A stretch of 64,000 nt of DNA from Tubulanus polymorphus (Eukaryota; Animalia; Nemertea), in NCBI RefSeq assembly GCF_964204645.1, contig NC_134027.1:5550485-5614484 (forward strand). Reading direction: 5' to 3'. Positions 25,901-39,300 of the stretch are shown here, one piece after another (position 1 is the first letter of the stretch; the number at the start of each line of letters is the position of its first letter). Under the pieces are notes generated by a model. The model ran no database searches. It was not told the origin of the DNA and was given only the letters and a program-made list of their open reading frames with translations. The translations under genes were made by a program, and so were the position numbers.

Positions 25901-27398
25901 GAATCGACTTATCTGCGCTGTCTTGCCGTGCCAGTTTTCCAGCGTGCTTCTTTCCTCGCAGCGGAGACTCTTTATTATTCAAACCCGCTCTTAGTTCGCT
26001 GCTATTACAATTGGTATCGCCGCCAATGTTCACATCTTCACAGTTACTATTGACGTTTTTAGCGTTGTTGTTCGTCGTCGTCGCGTCTTTCAAGTCATTA
26101 TGACTCGAAGATTTGCTTTCCTTCCGATGTGAACGTTTACCCACACTGGCCTGTCCTGTGTTCAGCGAATTAAGAGAGGTGCGAGACACGGGCCTGGATA
26201 GAGACGAACGAGCGTGTGGCACCGTATCCGTTTTACTATCCATCTTGTCTTTGCTATGGCCCCTGCTGTGATGTTGACCTTGGTGTTTTTCCTTGGATGA
26301 AATATCCTTCGACTTCTTAACACTTATATTTTCCTTATTTGGAGTAGATTCGCGCTGTTTCTCTTTCGTGTGTCTAGTATTCGATGATATATCCTTTTTA
26401 TGGTGAGAAATGTCGTTATCAATAGGTGAATCCCTAGTGCGATTATCTACATACTCTTTACTTATTTTGGGAGCACAAGCCATTTTAGAAATACTGTGCG
26501 AACTATTAGACGCATTACTTTTATTAGAAACGTTTTTTGCTTCTTTGCTTTTGACTTTTAAAGTTTTCTTACCGCTATACAATTCGCCTATATCCGTGGA
26601 AGACGTTCCTGTTGTATCACCATGTGTCATGGGACCATTCTCAAGGTCCTTTTCGTAAATAATATCCAACTGTTTTTCGCTGTATTCATTTACATCCTCT
26701 GACGCGAAAGTTCCGATCGAAATCGGAGATTTCCGACCGTCCGCAGCCTCGTGATCGACGCCACCACTACGAGGCCGCAGAAGACGATTATTGATGTTTA
26801 TTTCACCGACATCCTTCAATTCGATTTTATTCATTTTTGATTCGCCATCAGACTCGACCTGAATCGTGTCAAGCGACAGGCAGCTTACTGCCTCCGTGTG
26901 GTGATTAGCCGCACCATCGTCAACGATTAGCTTGTTTACCACGACACCGATATTATTGCCTGGCTCGTGTCCAGGCTTCAGTACCGATTTACCCACGTTC
27001 TCAATATCGGAACTATTCAACCTCGCGTCCTCTTTACCACCCGACGACGACGGTGTCGAACCGTTCGGTCCAACGGTTTGTAACTCTCGAAAATTAATTG
27101 CACAAATGGCACTGAAATCAGCTCTCATGCTTTCCGGCAACATGTTACCGATTTCCACCAATAGCAGCAGTTTTTCAGAAGAGTTCACCACCTGTACCAG
27201 CGACGTACATAAAAATTGCACGGATCTTGTTGCCCGGAAATGCTTCAAGGCGGCTTTAAGAATCTCACATTCGTGCTTGTTTAGTAATGTATGCGCTAGT
27301 TGGCGTATAGCTTTACCGCTTCCTTGGTCGTCTGCCATTACTTCCATATTACCGTCTGTTACCGAGAAAATCCCTCGTTTTACCATTAATAGATACAA
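10821..27398 (-). CDS. Whirlin/PDZD7/harmonin-family scaffold (HHD + 2 PDZ + long disordered regions), about 1947 aa
   Basis: Exons 27398-25443, 22326-22185, 18591-18477, 18110-18014, 17169-17058, 16843-16733, 16462-16300 and 13968-10821 join in phase (5844 nt, divisible by 3). N-terminal harmonin-homology domain (AIRQLAHTLLNKHECEILKAALKHF...LVQVVNSSEKLLLLVEIGNMLP). PDZ1 LGFCIRGGKE...GIYVSDVDIGGQAEKQGLQIGDRILKVNDTSFRSISHDDAV. PDZ2 WLGCSIRGGTDYGMDPMISNVEAGSPADKVGLKTGDLIVKLNDIDVSNMTHMQIV. Confidence 0.85.
15734..16053. mobile_element. MITE with CAGG(C/G)-type TIRs and 5-bp TSD (intron of the PDZ gene)
   Basis: Left TIR CAGGCACGGATTCAG, right TIR CTGGATCCGCCCCTG, with ATGCG directly flanking both sides (15729-15733, 16054-16058). 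Confidence 0.72.
23114..23242. mobile_element. PIF/Harbinger-type foldback MITE
   Basis: Near-perfect palindrome GGGCCAGTTGCTCAAAAGTTGGTTAGAGTTAACCAGTGGATAG ... CTATCCACTGGTTATCTTTAACCAACTTTTGAGCAACACTGGCCC, with 3-bp TSD CTG on both sides. Confidence 0.8.
25443..27398 (-). CDS. First coding exon of the PDZ scaffold gene (HHD, ~500-aa disordered linker, first half of PDZ1)
   Basis: The 661-aa ORF is cut by donor CAA|GTAAGT at 25443/25442 in the middle of the PDZ domain, which continues at 22326. Confidence 0.88.
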
Positions 27399-30300
27399 TT
27401 AACATTCTAACCGCGCATCCCTTACGACGGCTGTAACAAGCCGGCTAGATATGACGAGAATACTGAGTGTTTAAACTGTTAGATGGAACAATTGGCTCAT
27501 CGGATAATTAAGACTAGTCATAAAACCTTATTTACACAAGCTGGTAGGTTTATTACAGGCACACCCGTATACTATCGAATATCCACACACAGTGAGGTAT
27601 GATGGTGCATGTTAATCGTCATTAATTACTATTTCGTATACGATATTTCCATATACGTGTACGTATCCCGAGAACGCGTACCTGTCAGTAACGGTCAACT
27701 GTTTCAATAGCCTACAATACGTATCATCGAATGAGAAAAGAGTCGAAGTTTACGACTAGATTCCGATAGATTGATGTTTTGAACAGAGTACCACTTTTCA
27801 TCACAGGGTTCTGGCGTATTTCATTCATGGCTGCACGATATCAACAACATTCCAATACACCCAATTGAAATCGTATCACGTAACGCGATGATACCATTTC
27901 GAATAGATGTGGTTCATTTAAGAATGGAGATTTCTAATGTAGCACGTGGTTGTCTGTACGAAAAAGACCGGGCGATCTGATTGGTGCTTTTCAATTTCAA
28001 TTCTATCAAAGATTCGCGAAGTTTGATGTTACGTATATACCTCGTACATTCTAGTGTCGAATTTCTTTCTGAAACGATAAAATAAAAAGTGAAAATTTAA
28101 CGAAAACTAACAAGACTGCCATGATGCATGTTGCCTTCGAGACAGGATTTATAGACGGGAAGTTATAGGGCATGTTGTAATATGCGTTTGATATCTTAAA
28201 ACATGATTATTGTACACATGGGAGATAGGTTAGCAGGTTAACTGCTTACAGTCTACGTAAAGAAATTGATTGGTAATTTTTTCGCTCGTTATCTACGAAT
28301 ATAGGACACACACATGAGAAACTCAGTATCTTATCTGTATGTGGGACCAGTCTTTCTTATTAATTTGTTCTATCAAATTGATACGATTTCATCAGTACCA
28401 TACCAGTTATCAGTACAACACTGTTGAAATTAGCTCCTGGCCGATATTCATCAGTAACCGCAACACCAGTGTTTTAGTCGGAAAGGAAAGATTCCCGGCC
28501 ACAGGAAACTAGGTATTTCACGAAATGATTCATATTCCCGGGAAAGTGTTCATCGGTTTAGATATGTTAGATCAATGGCGTATCCCGATCGATGCGACGG
28601 TTCGATCGACAGCGTATAATTCAAACCGGTCGCTTTTTACTCTGAGTCGTTAAGGTGACAGACTCTATATGTCATCATGTACGGTTGAGTTCGGAGAAAA
28701 TTCAGACTGTTTTTATCCGTATCCAGCATATTAACGTCGTTTATCGGCAATCAGCAGAATTGATCCTTTATGCATTGCCCGCTTGAGTGGAGAATAATTA
28801 AATCTATCGGAGCCACCGGATGCCTTATTGAAATCGATTAAATAATCAATAGTCGGCCCCAGTTTATCTAATTATACTAAGGGACCTAGTGTTTTATCCT
28901 TACCTTCGTGAATTTTATCTATTATATATGGTTCTGATATCTTCAAAACGTGTTCTAATTTATCCCATAAACATAGGTCCATAAAAGCATCTTTTATTTC
29001 ATCAGTGTCAGGTAACCAGCAAATTATTTCTCACGAAGGCCTAGGGGGTATACGTTAATCTCCATGTATGTTTATTTAGGCCTGTATACGAATATTTCAA
29101 GCGATGGCAGAAAAGGATTTCCATTAAATCAATGCAACGCTTAAAATGAACTGCGTTCGGTCGATAGGTTTAGAGAATATTGATATTATTGTTCGATGCG
29201 TCAGTTATTGGAAACCACGTTCAATAATGCGATAATTGGTATTTGATTGCTGGTATATGATAGTTGATTGCCGTGTACCGCTTCGGGGTTGTCTAACTAG
29301 CGGCGTTAGGTATGCTAATGAGCATACTTTCATCGGGGTTTAAAAACGAAAATTATATACGTTTTGCACCTTGAATATTAATGGGGTTGGTGAATCGCGT
29401 TTGAATACGCAAAATCCCATCGATGGAAAATGTAAGAGTACATGACAGGCTTTAAAAACATATTCGTCATTCTTGAATGAATTTTAAGGCTGGCAAGCAA
29501 ATATTTGACAGGAACAGTAATTAGTGTGACATGCGTCGATGAAGGGCCCACTTGAATACGTCAGGAGTGTGGCTTCATACTACAGTCATCGCTGTTGTAT
29601 GGACCAAAAAGTAAAATACATACGTATTCAAGAAAGGACCGGCGTCCACATCTCTCTTCACCAGGATAAAATGAGCAACCTCCTGGGGTAAGACTCACAG
29701 TCAATTCTGCAATTATCGGGCAATTACAAAACGGTCTAAGTAGAACAGAAGGACCATAGAATAAACCCGACGGGAATTCGAATGTTCTGGATCAGTCATT
29801 TTCAGTTGTGTTCGTTTGTTGACAGACACACGGTCCCATCACAGTTCAGCCTAATACATCACTTTACCTACATATCGGTGGATTTACTGCGAACCGTGTG
29901 AGAAGAATTCGATATTTTAATGGAAGTCATCCTCCAGAGGGAGAAAAGGCATAAAGGAACGGATATAAATGCTTTTTGCAGCCGCGCAACTTGATAGCGT
30001 TCACCCACAAAACTGAAAATCCCCAGTCTCCTGACACCGCAAAAGTAGCATTGAACTGCTAGAGACAAATCAGTTACTACAAAGTGACGGAATATTTTAC
30101 ATACATATCATTTAAGTCCGCTCAAGAAGATACGTATTGGTTTTTAAGTAGTATTCCCTTTTTAGTCAATGTCTTCAAGATCTTGGAAATTGAAGAATTA
30201 CCACGAAAACCATCAAAACATTTTGTTCATACTTTTAAGAAAATGTTCGTTCCTGAATAGATTTTATCAATGCCATCGGAATTTTTTGCATAGCAAAAGC

Positions 30301-33300
30301 AATATCATATGCATCTCTTGGAGTATTAACCATTGGTGATGAAAGCCACCTGTTGTTAGTGTGACCTTGACCAATAGCGCCTTGAACGCTTGGAAAATGT
30401 AAGTTAAAAAGATACCTTGTTTCTGCTGAAACTAATCAGTAATGCTAACAAATGAATCTTCGGACACAATATCGTTTCTTAGGGAAACTTGTTATAGATA
30501 AATTACATTTACAGCGCGATGCCATATATACGTATTACTATCTCTACTAACTAATACATATTCAATGGCCGCCGTGGATGTTTATTGAACCAAAAGAAAA
30601 GAAGTGATTTATTGCAGCGTTATAGCATATATTGAGCAGCCGATAAACGCAGCAAGATTTACTTGGCGAATCCTGCTTTTGATTAGAAAATCCTTAGGTT
30701 GAAAAGCTTGTGATAAAAGTCCCCAGCAAGACGTGGACTCTTGAAAACCACGAAATATTCTTTCAGGTGTTCCTTTTATCTATATCTATATATTTTGATT
30801 GACGATAGGCGCAAAGAATTGCAGTGAATTCTGAAGTGAATAGACACATAATTGTTACCTACCTCCATTTGATAAAACAGTGGATGATGGAAGGTAGAAC
30901 CTGTCCTCCAAATGCTTTTGTAGAAGTTTAAAGTGAAAATATACGCGTTTAATTAGAAGAAATGTATAGGATCTGAAGGAGCTTACAGTGAACATGGCCT
31001 CCAGATGCTAGCAGTATCAAAAGTATACCTAAAAAAATAACGCAGTTCTAGGTTTATAATCGCCTGATATCCTTGTATATTGTTCACGGCGTAATATTTC
31101 GTAGTGTAATGAACGACGCATGTTTCAAAATATTCGTATCAGATTTTGATTGAAAACATAAAATGCTGCAAATGTCATTTTACATTTTTTTCGCTATTGC
31201 GCAATTAGACAGCATACACGATCGACCATTTATAAATTACAACTGTTAATACAACCTTACAACTGTTTACTTCTAGTTTCGAAAGTCTTTTCATTTAGTT
31301 AATTAGTTTACTGATCTGAGACGTTACACACGATGTAATCGCATTGAATTCCCTCGATGCATTCTTTGACATTTCATGATGAATGTTTATCTGAATAGTA
31401 CACGTAAAGATGTTAACTCAATGTTCTAATGCTAGGATCAATTATATACGGGATCATAGGGGCGAATGTCTTGATAAGTTTATTATCAAAATTTGGCAAT
31501 ATTGCAATAATCAAAGCTATTTTACCTTCAGCTTATCAATCCTATAGGTCCATGTAACTGTGTGTATGTTAGGATATTAGAATAAAGGTGATTAAAGGTA
31601 TTTTCAGCGTTTAGATTTCCACAGCTGTTTCAGTAGTGGTGCTTGATTAGTAAGTCTGCTCGATTGATTAACTTACACTAACACCGGGCCTTAATGATAA
31701 AGTAATTTTTTTAGTAACATATGTACATATAATAAATGTATACTAAATATCCTTTATGAATGCATGCATGATTGTATGATATTTGCGCAGTATTCGTGTT
31801 CATACTCGGTGACATTGTGTCATCACAGTACCGGATTCAGTTGCAGTGGGAAAAAGCTGAGAGGCATGCATTGATGGCCATATGTCATTCCATCGTTGGA
31901 CTTTAGCTGAGTTTTGTTTACATGAATTTATACCTTGGAGCCCAAGACAGAACTGTCAAACATCAAAGTCAAGTGCACATTCAACACGACTCGTAGCTGA
32001 GCTCGTTACTGAGTTCGATATTTAGATGAAAGGCCCTCCAATTGTTATTGGATTACGGCAAACGATAGTAATGGCGTTTATGACTCTCCAAACTGAAACA
32101 GTATTAATTAATCGAATAAAGTATCTGGAGTCAATTTTTCTTCCGGTCTATCGTCAACGCATCGATTAAAGAAATCCAAAAATATTCCTAAAAAAACGTT
32201 ACACAAAATGAATTATGCACATCAATGCGATACGATCGTCTCATCCAGATTGCTTCGCAGTCGATAGCACCCATTTGCAACCGATCGCCTCGTCGTTGTA
32301 AGCCTGGCGTTGCAAACATTGTCAAGTCTCCTTTTTGATAGTTCGGCGCTTAAAATCCCTCCTCAGACAATATATCCATGGAGTGTACTGTCAGATAAAT
32401 AACGGTATTCGTTTCGTTCATGATAATTCCGTAAAGATATGAGGAGCACAAGAGCCTTGCCACAGGAAATTGCCTTTTACAGCAAGAACTGTTACAGAGA
32501 AATAGATGCACGAGTGTTAGTTTTAAGAGACATGGGGGACCGATGACTTTTCCAGGCATATAGCGGGTACAATCGCAGAACACTGTTAGTAAACCAAGGC
32601 AATACTACAAAAAGACCATAAAGTAGCGCACAGAAATGCCAAGAAATCACGAAAGAGATCGATTCAAGACCGTAACGGTTATTAGTGGGGTCAGTAGGAA
32701 CGAACCCCTTTTCCAAGTAGACGGAACACCTACGGATCGTGTTCCTTGTGGTTTTCTTTGTTGAAACTTGTTCTAGAGAAAAAATGGTTTTTCTAAGGAA
32801 AACCTTCCTTTTGTAATATCATCATTCGAGAATGTATACGAATTCTATAACAGGTTGAAAACGTAACACGTTGTATATACACCTTATGTCAGTGAAACTG
32901 ATAAATAAACTGCTAAGAAGCATTAAGAAGATATGTTCTGTTATACAAAACGGTTACGCATATATTCATCTTTAAATTACAGATATATATAAACAGTGAG
33001 TGATTAGGGCAAATGAGTTGAAAAAACTCCCCCAATCCCTTGTATTTAGACAGATATAGTTTCTAAATCAAGAAAAGTCGCTGGGAGGTAAAAACACTCA
33101 AAGAATGCGCAGCCACTAATTTTTCATATGTGCAGCACCTGGAAGACTCCACAGAGAAAATGTCTGTGCTAATGAAAGCAAATAGTTGTAAATTAGCTTC
33201 ACAAACATGATCAGTCATTTTAGGTTGACACCCGATGGTTTTGCCGCAATCGTTCGATGACATCAGCAAACGGAATAAAACGAGTTTTTCACGATCGATT

Positions 33301-36300
33301 AAGTAGATGCGTATCTCTATTCATATGCGAATCGGAGTCCCATCAGATGACATGTCATGTGGACATCAATAGTTTGATAATGTCCTGGTTCCGTGTTTTG
33401 TTTTTTATTCAGACTTTCCTCGACTTAAAGCAGATTCGGGACAGTACGAATCATTATCCGGGAAATCCGACTCTCGATCGTCTTTGGTGATAGTCCAAAA
33501 ACGTCTTCGCAACGAATTCAAATATATCACATGAAATGAAAAGCAGACGAAAGCAGGAAATGAACTTAGAATAAATGCATTCATCCCCATATTTCAAATA
33601 AGGAAGACGGCAGAGAATTGAGATATTGAGTGTGTTTTGTGCGTTGTGCCCCATCTCCCTAAAGAGTTTTGCGATTCTTACAATTTGAATAGGCGTTTCG
33701 GTAGAAAGGATGGGGCTAGTTTCTTAAACATGAATAACCTCACCTATGGTAGACTTTCTCTACATGCCGATATACATTTATGCTTGAAATACGTAACTTC
33801 CACCCAACATTTGGCCGTATGAACTATTTACGACGCGATTAATTGGAAACATATGTTTTCTTTCATGTACTGCATTATTTACACTCGAAAATAGTCCCAC
33901 ATTCAGTATGAATTGAATGCCAAGTTACATTGCTGCGACAACTGCTACGTCTACCACCTAATTAACGACAGTTATTCGACGATTACATTTAGAAACAAGC
34001 CTCGTGACGACAATTCGGTGCTTGAATCAATGCAGCTCTGACGTTATGATCGATGGTTAGCCATTTGTAACAACCTGAAGTAATAACTGGGACTTTTTCC
34101 ACCAATTCTAGCTAATTACTGGTAAAAGGCATACAGCTACTTGATAATCTATCGACGAAAATCAACGTAATAATTGTATGAAAATATTTGACTTATTATG
34201 ATTTTTTTCTATACCGTTCCATGAAAATCTAATGATTTTTAGAAATTTAAATTACATCTCTTACATAGTTTTATGCAATAATTTCAGCTGCGGCGTTATC
34301 GAAATCTATTTTCATGAATGTTACGTAAAAAATGACAGGACACTAACAATACGCTGCCGCTCTCTGTGTTGATACGCTAAGAGTAAAGGCGTTCACGGAA
34401 CATGCGTGAACGACTGGGAAATCAGTGCAACAGTACCACAGTTGATGTCACCCGGAGCAAATTTACATCATGGGAAATCATATCTTTGTACAATGATTTG
34501 CCTTGGGACTGGCTGAGCTAAACGACAATAGGTCTAATTCCGATTTACACCAAAGAACCGAACATCACGAGATCAGCCATCCGGTATAGTATGCTTCAAA
34601 AAGGACTAATTCCACGCGCCATTCATATTAAAAAGCCATTTGAAAATAATTTAACTTATTCAAATTATCAGGAAACAATAATCGAAGTGAATCTTTTTTC
34701 AAATAGCTAACGATTCGAATGATTTGTTCGAATATACATTATGAATTCTATATTCATCAGTTTTCAGAAAATACTTACAATTAAGTCATTCACCAGGCAT
34801 TTTTCCGTTTTGCTGAAGTTTGTGTTGATAGTAAACTTGTATTATCAACGTATACCAAATCAAACAGTTAACAGCATGTGTCAGCTGCGTGTAATTGATT
34901 GATATCAAACGATTTCCTCGAACCCACACAACGATTTGAAAATCGAAAATTCTTGATGCTAAAAAGCCGAAGATTCAAACTGTTTCAGATTGTTAGCTTT
35001 ATGTTTCGGCCAATTATCATATTGTATCTATTCACGTTGGAATATCGTCGGTTAAGCTTTCATATCCACATTCAAACATCTTCAAAATGTTGACTATATT
35101 CATTGTATTTTGGTCAACAGTTCAAATGTAGATAGCAGGATACGTAACATTTACGTGGTGGAATTTGAATACCTAGTGCGTTATGGTGTCAATTTCTGTT
35201 TTTGTCACTAAAATGTTTCAATTTCAAATAGATTTGTTTTTTTCAAATTATTTTCATCGAGATCGTTGGATCATCAAGTCCTTGGTAAATAGCGACTCAC
35301 GCACTATATGGTTGGATTTTGAGCGCCATTACGTTTAAAAATGCTTTCCTCTGAAGTGTATGCCATTCAGTGCATTCCATTTCAGATCAAGTGTAGCCTT
35401 TCCCATTTTACTCGAAAATGCTTTCACTGGCGGTTTAAGTGGTATCGATATCATAGAATTAATGCCCTGACTATCTAGATAATCCTTAATCGCTATTCAT
35501 TTTTAAAGATTCATTCAAAATGCATTTCTAACATTACATTCCATATGTTTTTGTTCATTGATTTGTTATTCATTGGCTCTGAACCTTAATGCATACTTAA
35601 AAACTATAAAGATTTTAATATCACAAATATCTCAAATTCCAAATCAAGTTAATGATTGCGAACTCGTTGGTGAGTCAAGATTTATGGACATTCTCATGTT
35701 TTATAAATTCTGCTTCATCTAAAACATTTTATTAATGGACGAATGAGTTTGAATTAAACTTCATGGAAGTTGGGAAGTTTTCTATCTTAGAGATAAATTT
35801 ATCATTGCGATAGAAAACTTCCTAAAATGACTGAATTCCGTCTGCGGACAGACAAACCCTGGAACAACGGACGAACGACGGACGAAAAGTGAACGCAATA
35901 GCCTGCTGGGACTTATATCCCAAGTGAACTAAAAAGCTATTGCAAAATTTCTCAGCAGAAAATTGCTTCCTGGAAACCGCTCGTGAAAGGCTTGTCGCAG
36001 TGGTTTCCTGCTCTTCCCTCAAAAACACTCTTAAAAACCAGCGTAAGAATGAGTGCTGGTTATCAATATGTCCCCTGAATTAAATAAGTGAATACTATAT
36101 TTCACTTATACTACCGGGTACTTCTCATTGCAAATCATTTCGTCGATGAAATATTATTATCATTTTTTTAATTGTATAGTAACGACCCGATGCTTATCGA
36201 TAGAATTCATTGAAAGAATTGCACCAAATAACGTTTGGAATGAACGCGGCAGATACAACAGAATTCCATTGTAACATACCATTGTCGCTACGCGTTTTCA

Positions 36301-39300
36301 TTTCTATGATCTCTGGGTTCCATTCCGAATTCTTTGAGCAAAAGACTTGATGAGAACTGTTTCTGGAATTTATTGACATTTGAGTGCAAAAATGGCGCCG
36401 TCAGTGGTATACAAGGACCATCATCGCGAAAATTCTCAAACACGGTAAAATACGGCGCTCGGTGTGCTCGGCAATGAAATATACCATCAATTCTAGAGAC
36501 GTTTTAAGTGAAACCGAGAGAGGGAGCATCAATTACAGGACAACATTAGATTACTTCTTTTGACACATTTACTGGTAAATCGATAGTCGGGATATCAAAC
36601 ATTCATCTATTAGAATGTTAAAATGCGACAGAAGCGTAACGGTACACGTTATTTGGTTTTAATACATATTACCCCAGTAAACATTTTCATGTTGACAATT
36701 CTATGTCCGATTTGCATTTGCCTAATCTGTTTGCACCAACACGAATTCCACCCGACGACAGGTCGATTTTCCAACCAACTAAAAACACCGCTGATTTTAA
36801 CAAAATAGTTTTACTACAAGTTGAAACAAACTATCTTACTAAAGATATATAGTATTACCTCTATTGAATATGTTTAGCTGATGCCAACACGCTGTGTGAA
36901 TTGAATACTGCGATACGGTTCTGAAATTCCACGTAAATGTGGAAATCGTAGATAAAGAGTTTTATTTTAAACGAACTGGCGGCTGCAAAAAGGTTACTAG
37001 AATTAGCATTGTTTATTCCTTTTTGCTGAAACGCAAGCGGCTAAAAACAAATTGGTAGCTGTGATTTATACACAAAATAATGGAATATATTTATAGTTTT
37101 AATAATAATTTCTTTTCTTACTCTCCGTCCAGTTATCGACTGAAACAAACTGACATAGTGATAAATTTTTACTGGCTTTTCGATAACCATAAAAAATTAT
37201 CTCTTCATCCGGCTATAAATATATTTCAGCACAATTTCTTACGTAGGTAGAATCTAGTTGCAACAGGTTGAAAAACAACTAAAGGAAAAATTGTCTATCG
37301 TTTCAATATGTTAAGAGTCGTATCTACCTTTTAAATTAGTTGTATACGTATATGCGAATGGAATAAAAATGTTTAGCCGTCATAAATTGTTTTCCCTAGC
37401 GTTCTAAATGCATTGCTATAATTAACGTCGAGACTTTTTGTGCGTTCAAAGAATACATTACGAAAATGCTATAGCAAAGCAGTAAAAACGCCGGTTTTTA
37501 TATCTCTGAGGACTTTCGGTGGCAATAGCCTCATCAGTACGGCCAGAAACTACCACAGTATATCAGGCAATATATCAAACGTCTCTAGGAGACCGAGTAT
37601 GGAGAATTCAATTAGAGTAGTCATTGTGTGATTAGAGCAATTTTCATTTCGCCAATGTTCCAGGCAGAATTCGAGAGTAATTTTAATGATTTTCGGCTTA
37701 CTGCAACGCCCGGATGGATAAACCGATGTAAATCGCCTCTTCGTAACGCGTAAATGGTGTTGAGGGTCTCGCATATAATTTTTCCCATCAATATTTCGAG
37801 GCACATCCAGACATGCTTTTGCTAAAAAGGTGTTCAAAAACACATCACTACTGTGCATGCTTTTAGCAGTTGATTTCTTTACATTTTTTAAGTTGGCTGT
37901 GTTCATTTTATCGATATGGGATTTTCGGTCATTGAAACGAAGTTCAATAACTTACAAGTTAACTTGTTTTCGACAGGTACGATGTTGGTTTTAATTCCCA
38001 AGGGGCGATATAGTTTAAATGACGTCACACCTTTGTAGTAATAAATCTGTAATGCTTGATACTCAGTTCCTCGGGGACAGAACAAGAGAATCTATTGATT
38101 ACAAGGTTGAGCAGTCAAACGAGAAATAGTTTAATTTTTTTTTACAGGAAACATGTTATTTTCGCTGTAAAGGTTCATCCTTAATCAATTGCCAGTTTAT
38201 ACAGTTGCCTTTTGAGTTAATTTTTACATATAAGACACGTGACATTGGAGGACTGGGCTCCCGATAATGATGCGTGGCCTGGCGTCGGATAATCTTGGTC
38301 TGTTATCACGTTCGATACACTGTCTTGGAGAGCCATAAATATTTTCATATTTTCAGCGTTAACATGATAATGACTTTACGACTTTGGAATGTAGTGGTGC
38401 TTATTGAAACATCTACGACATAGTCAATTAGCAATCGTATATATGTTATGATGTACACGGATCATGTGTAATCGGCTTGCTAGCTATCGGGATTATTAAT
38501 GTATATACCAGTAGAATCCACCATACTGAATATGAATCAAAATTCACTACTAAAACATACATACGTAGATGAAAATCCGAACGCTTACCAAATGCCTTGC
38601 TGAACCGGCAATTGAAAATCTAAAGAATTGTTTACAAGGAAAATAGCTGCAGATCAATGACCGATGTCCGCCGGAGATTAGCCCTTCACATATATATTTG
38701 TGAACCTTGACCCTGAACCTTTAGGGTTTGGGAGATCGAAGCCAATGTGTGATGGGACAAATGAATCACATCTGTACATTCAGTAGATTACATATTATAT
38801 ACACTGCATCCGGTGTGTCGGTCTCAGCTGTGTAAACCATTTCGTTCGATCTAAAGCCTTTAATTAGTTTGAAACTAAACCAATTTGTCCTACCTTTTTC
38901 CTAGAATCTATAATTCCCTTGGTATTATTGTCACAGTGACGACGAAAATTTTCACAGAGCCAATGCAGTGGCGAGCAAGCTCTGCGGGGATACGTGTCTG
39001 ATCCAGCGGAATCAATCGAGTCCTGTCAGTTTCATCGGGAGCTCACTCTCTCATACTGCGGCGTATATCATAAGCACAGTAACCGTACTGTTTAAACATA
39101 CGGCTGACACAGTTCATCAGCCTCATTCTCTTCATTTAGACAAACGAATTACATATCAACCATATGACCTTATTTAGGTATACATAGAAATGTTTTCCCA
39201 GATGATTTCACGATCACCATTAAGGGATTTATCGAAATGAATTCGTTTAAATTGTGGTGAATTTGATTGAAATGATGGGATAAAATGGAGAAGACTAATT

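Noticed and set aside
26410-27402. Plus-strand ORFs of 82 and 156 aa
   Set aside because: They are antisense shadows of the HHD/PDZ exon.
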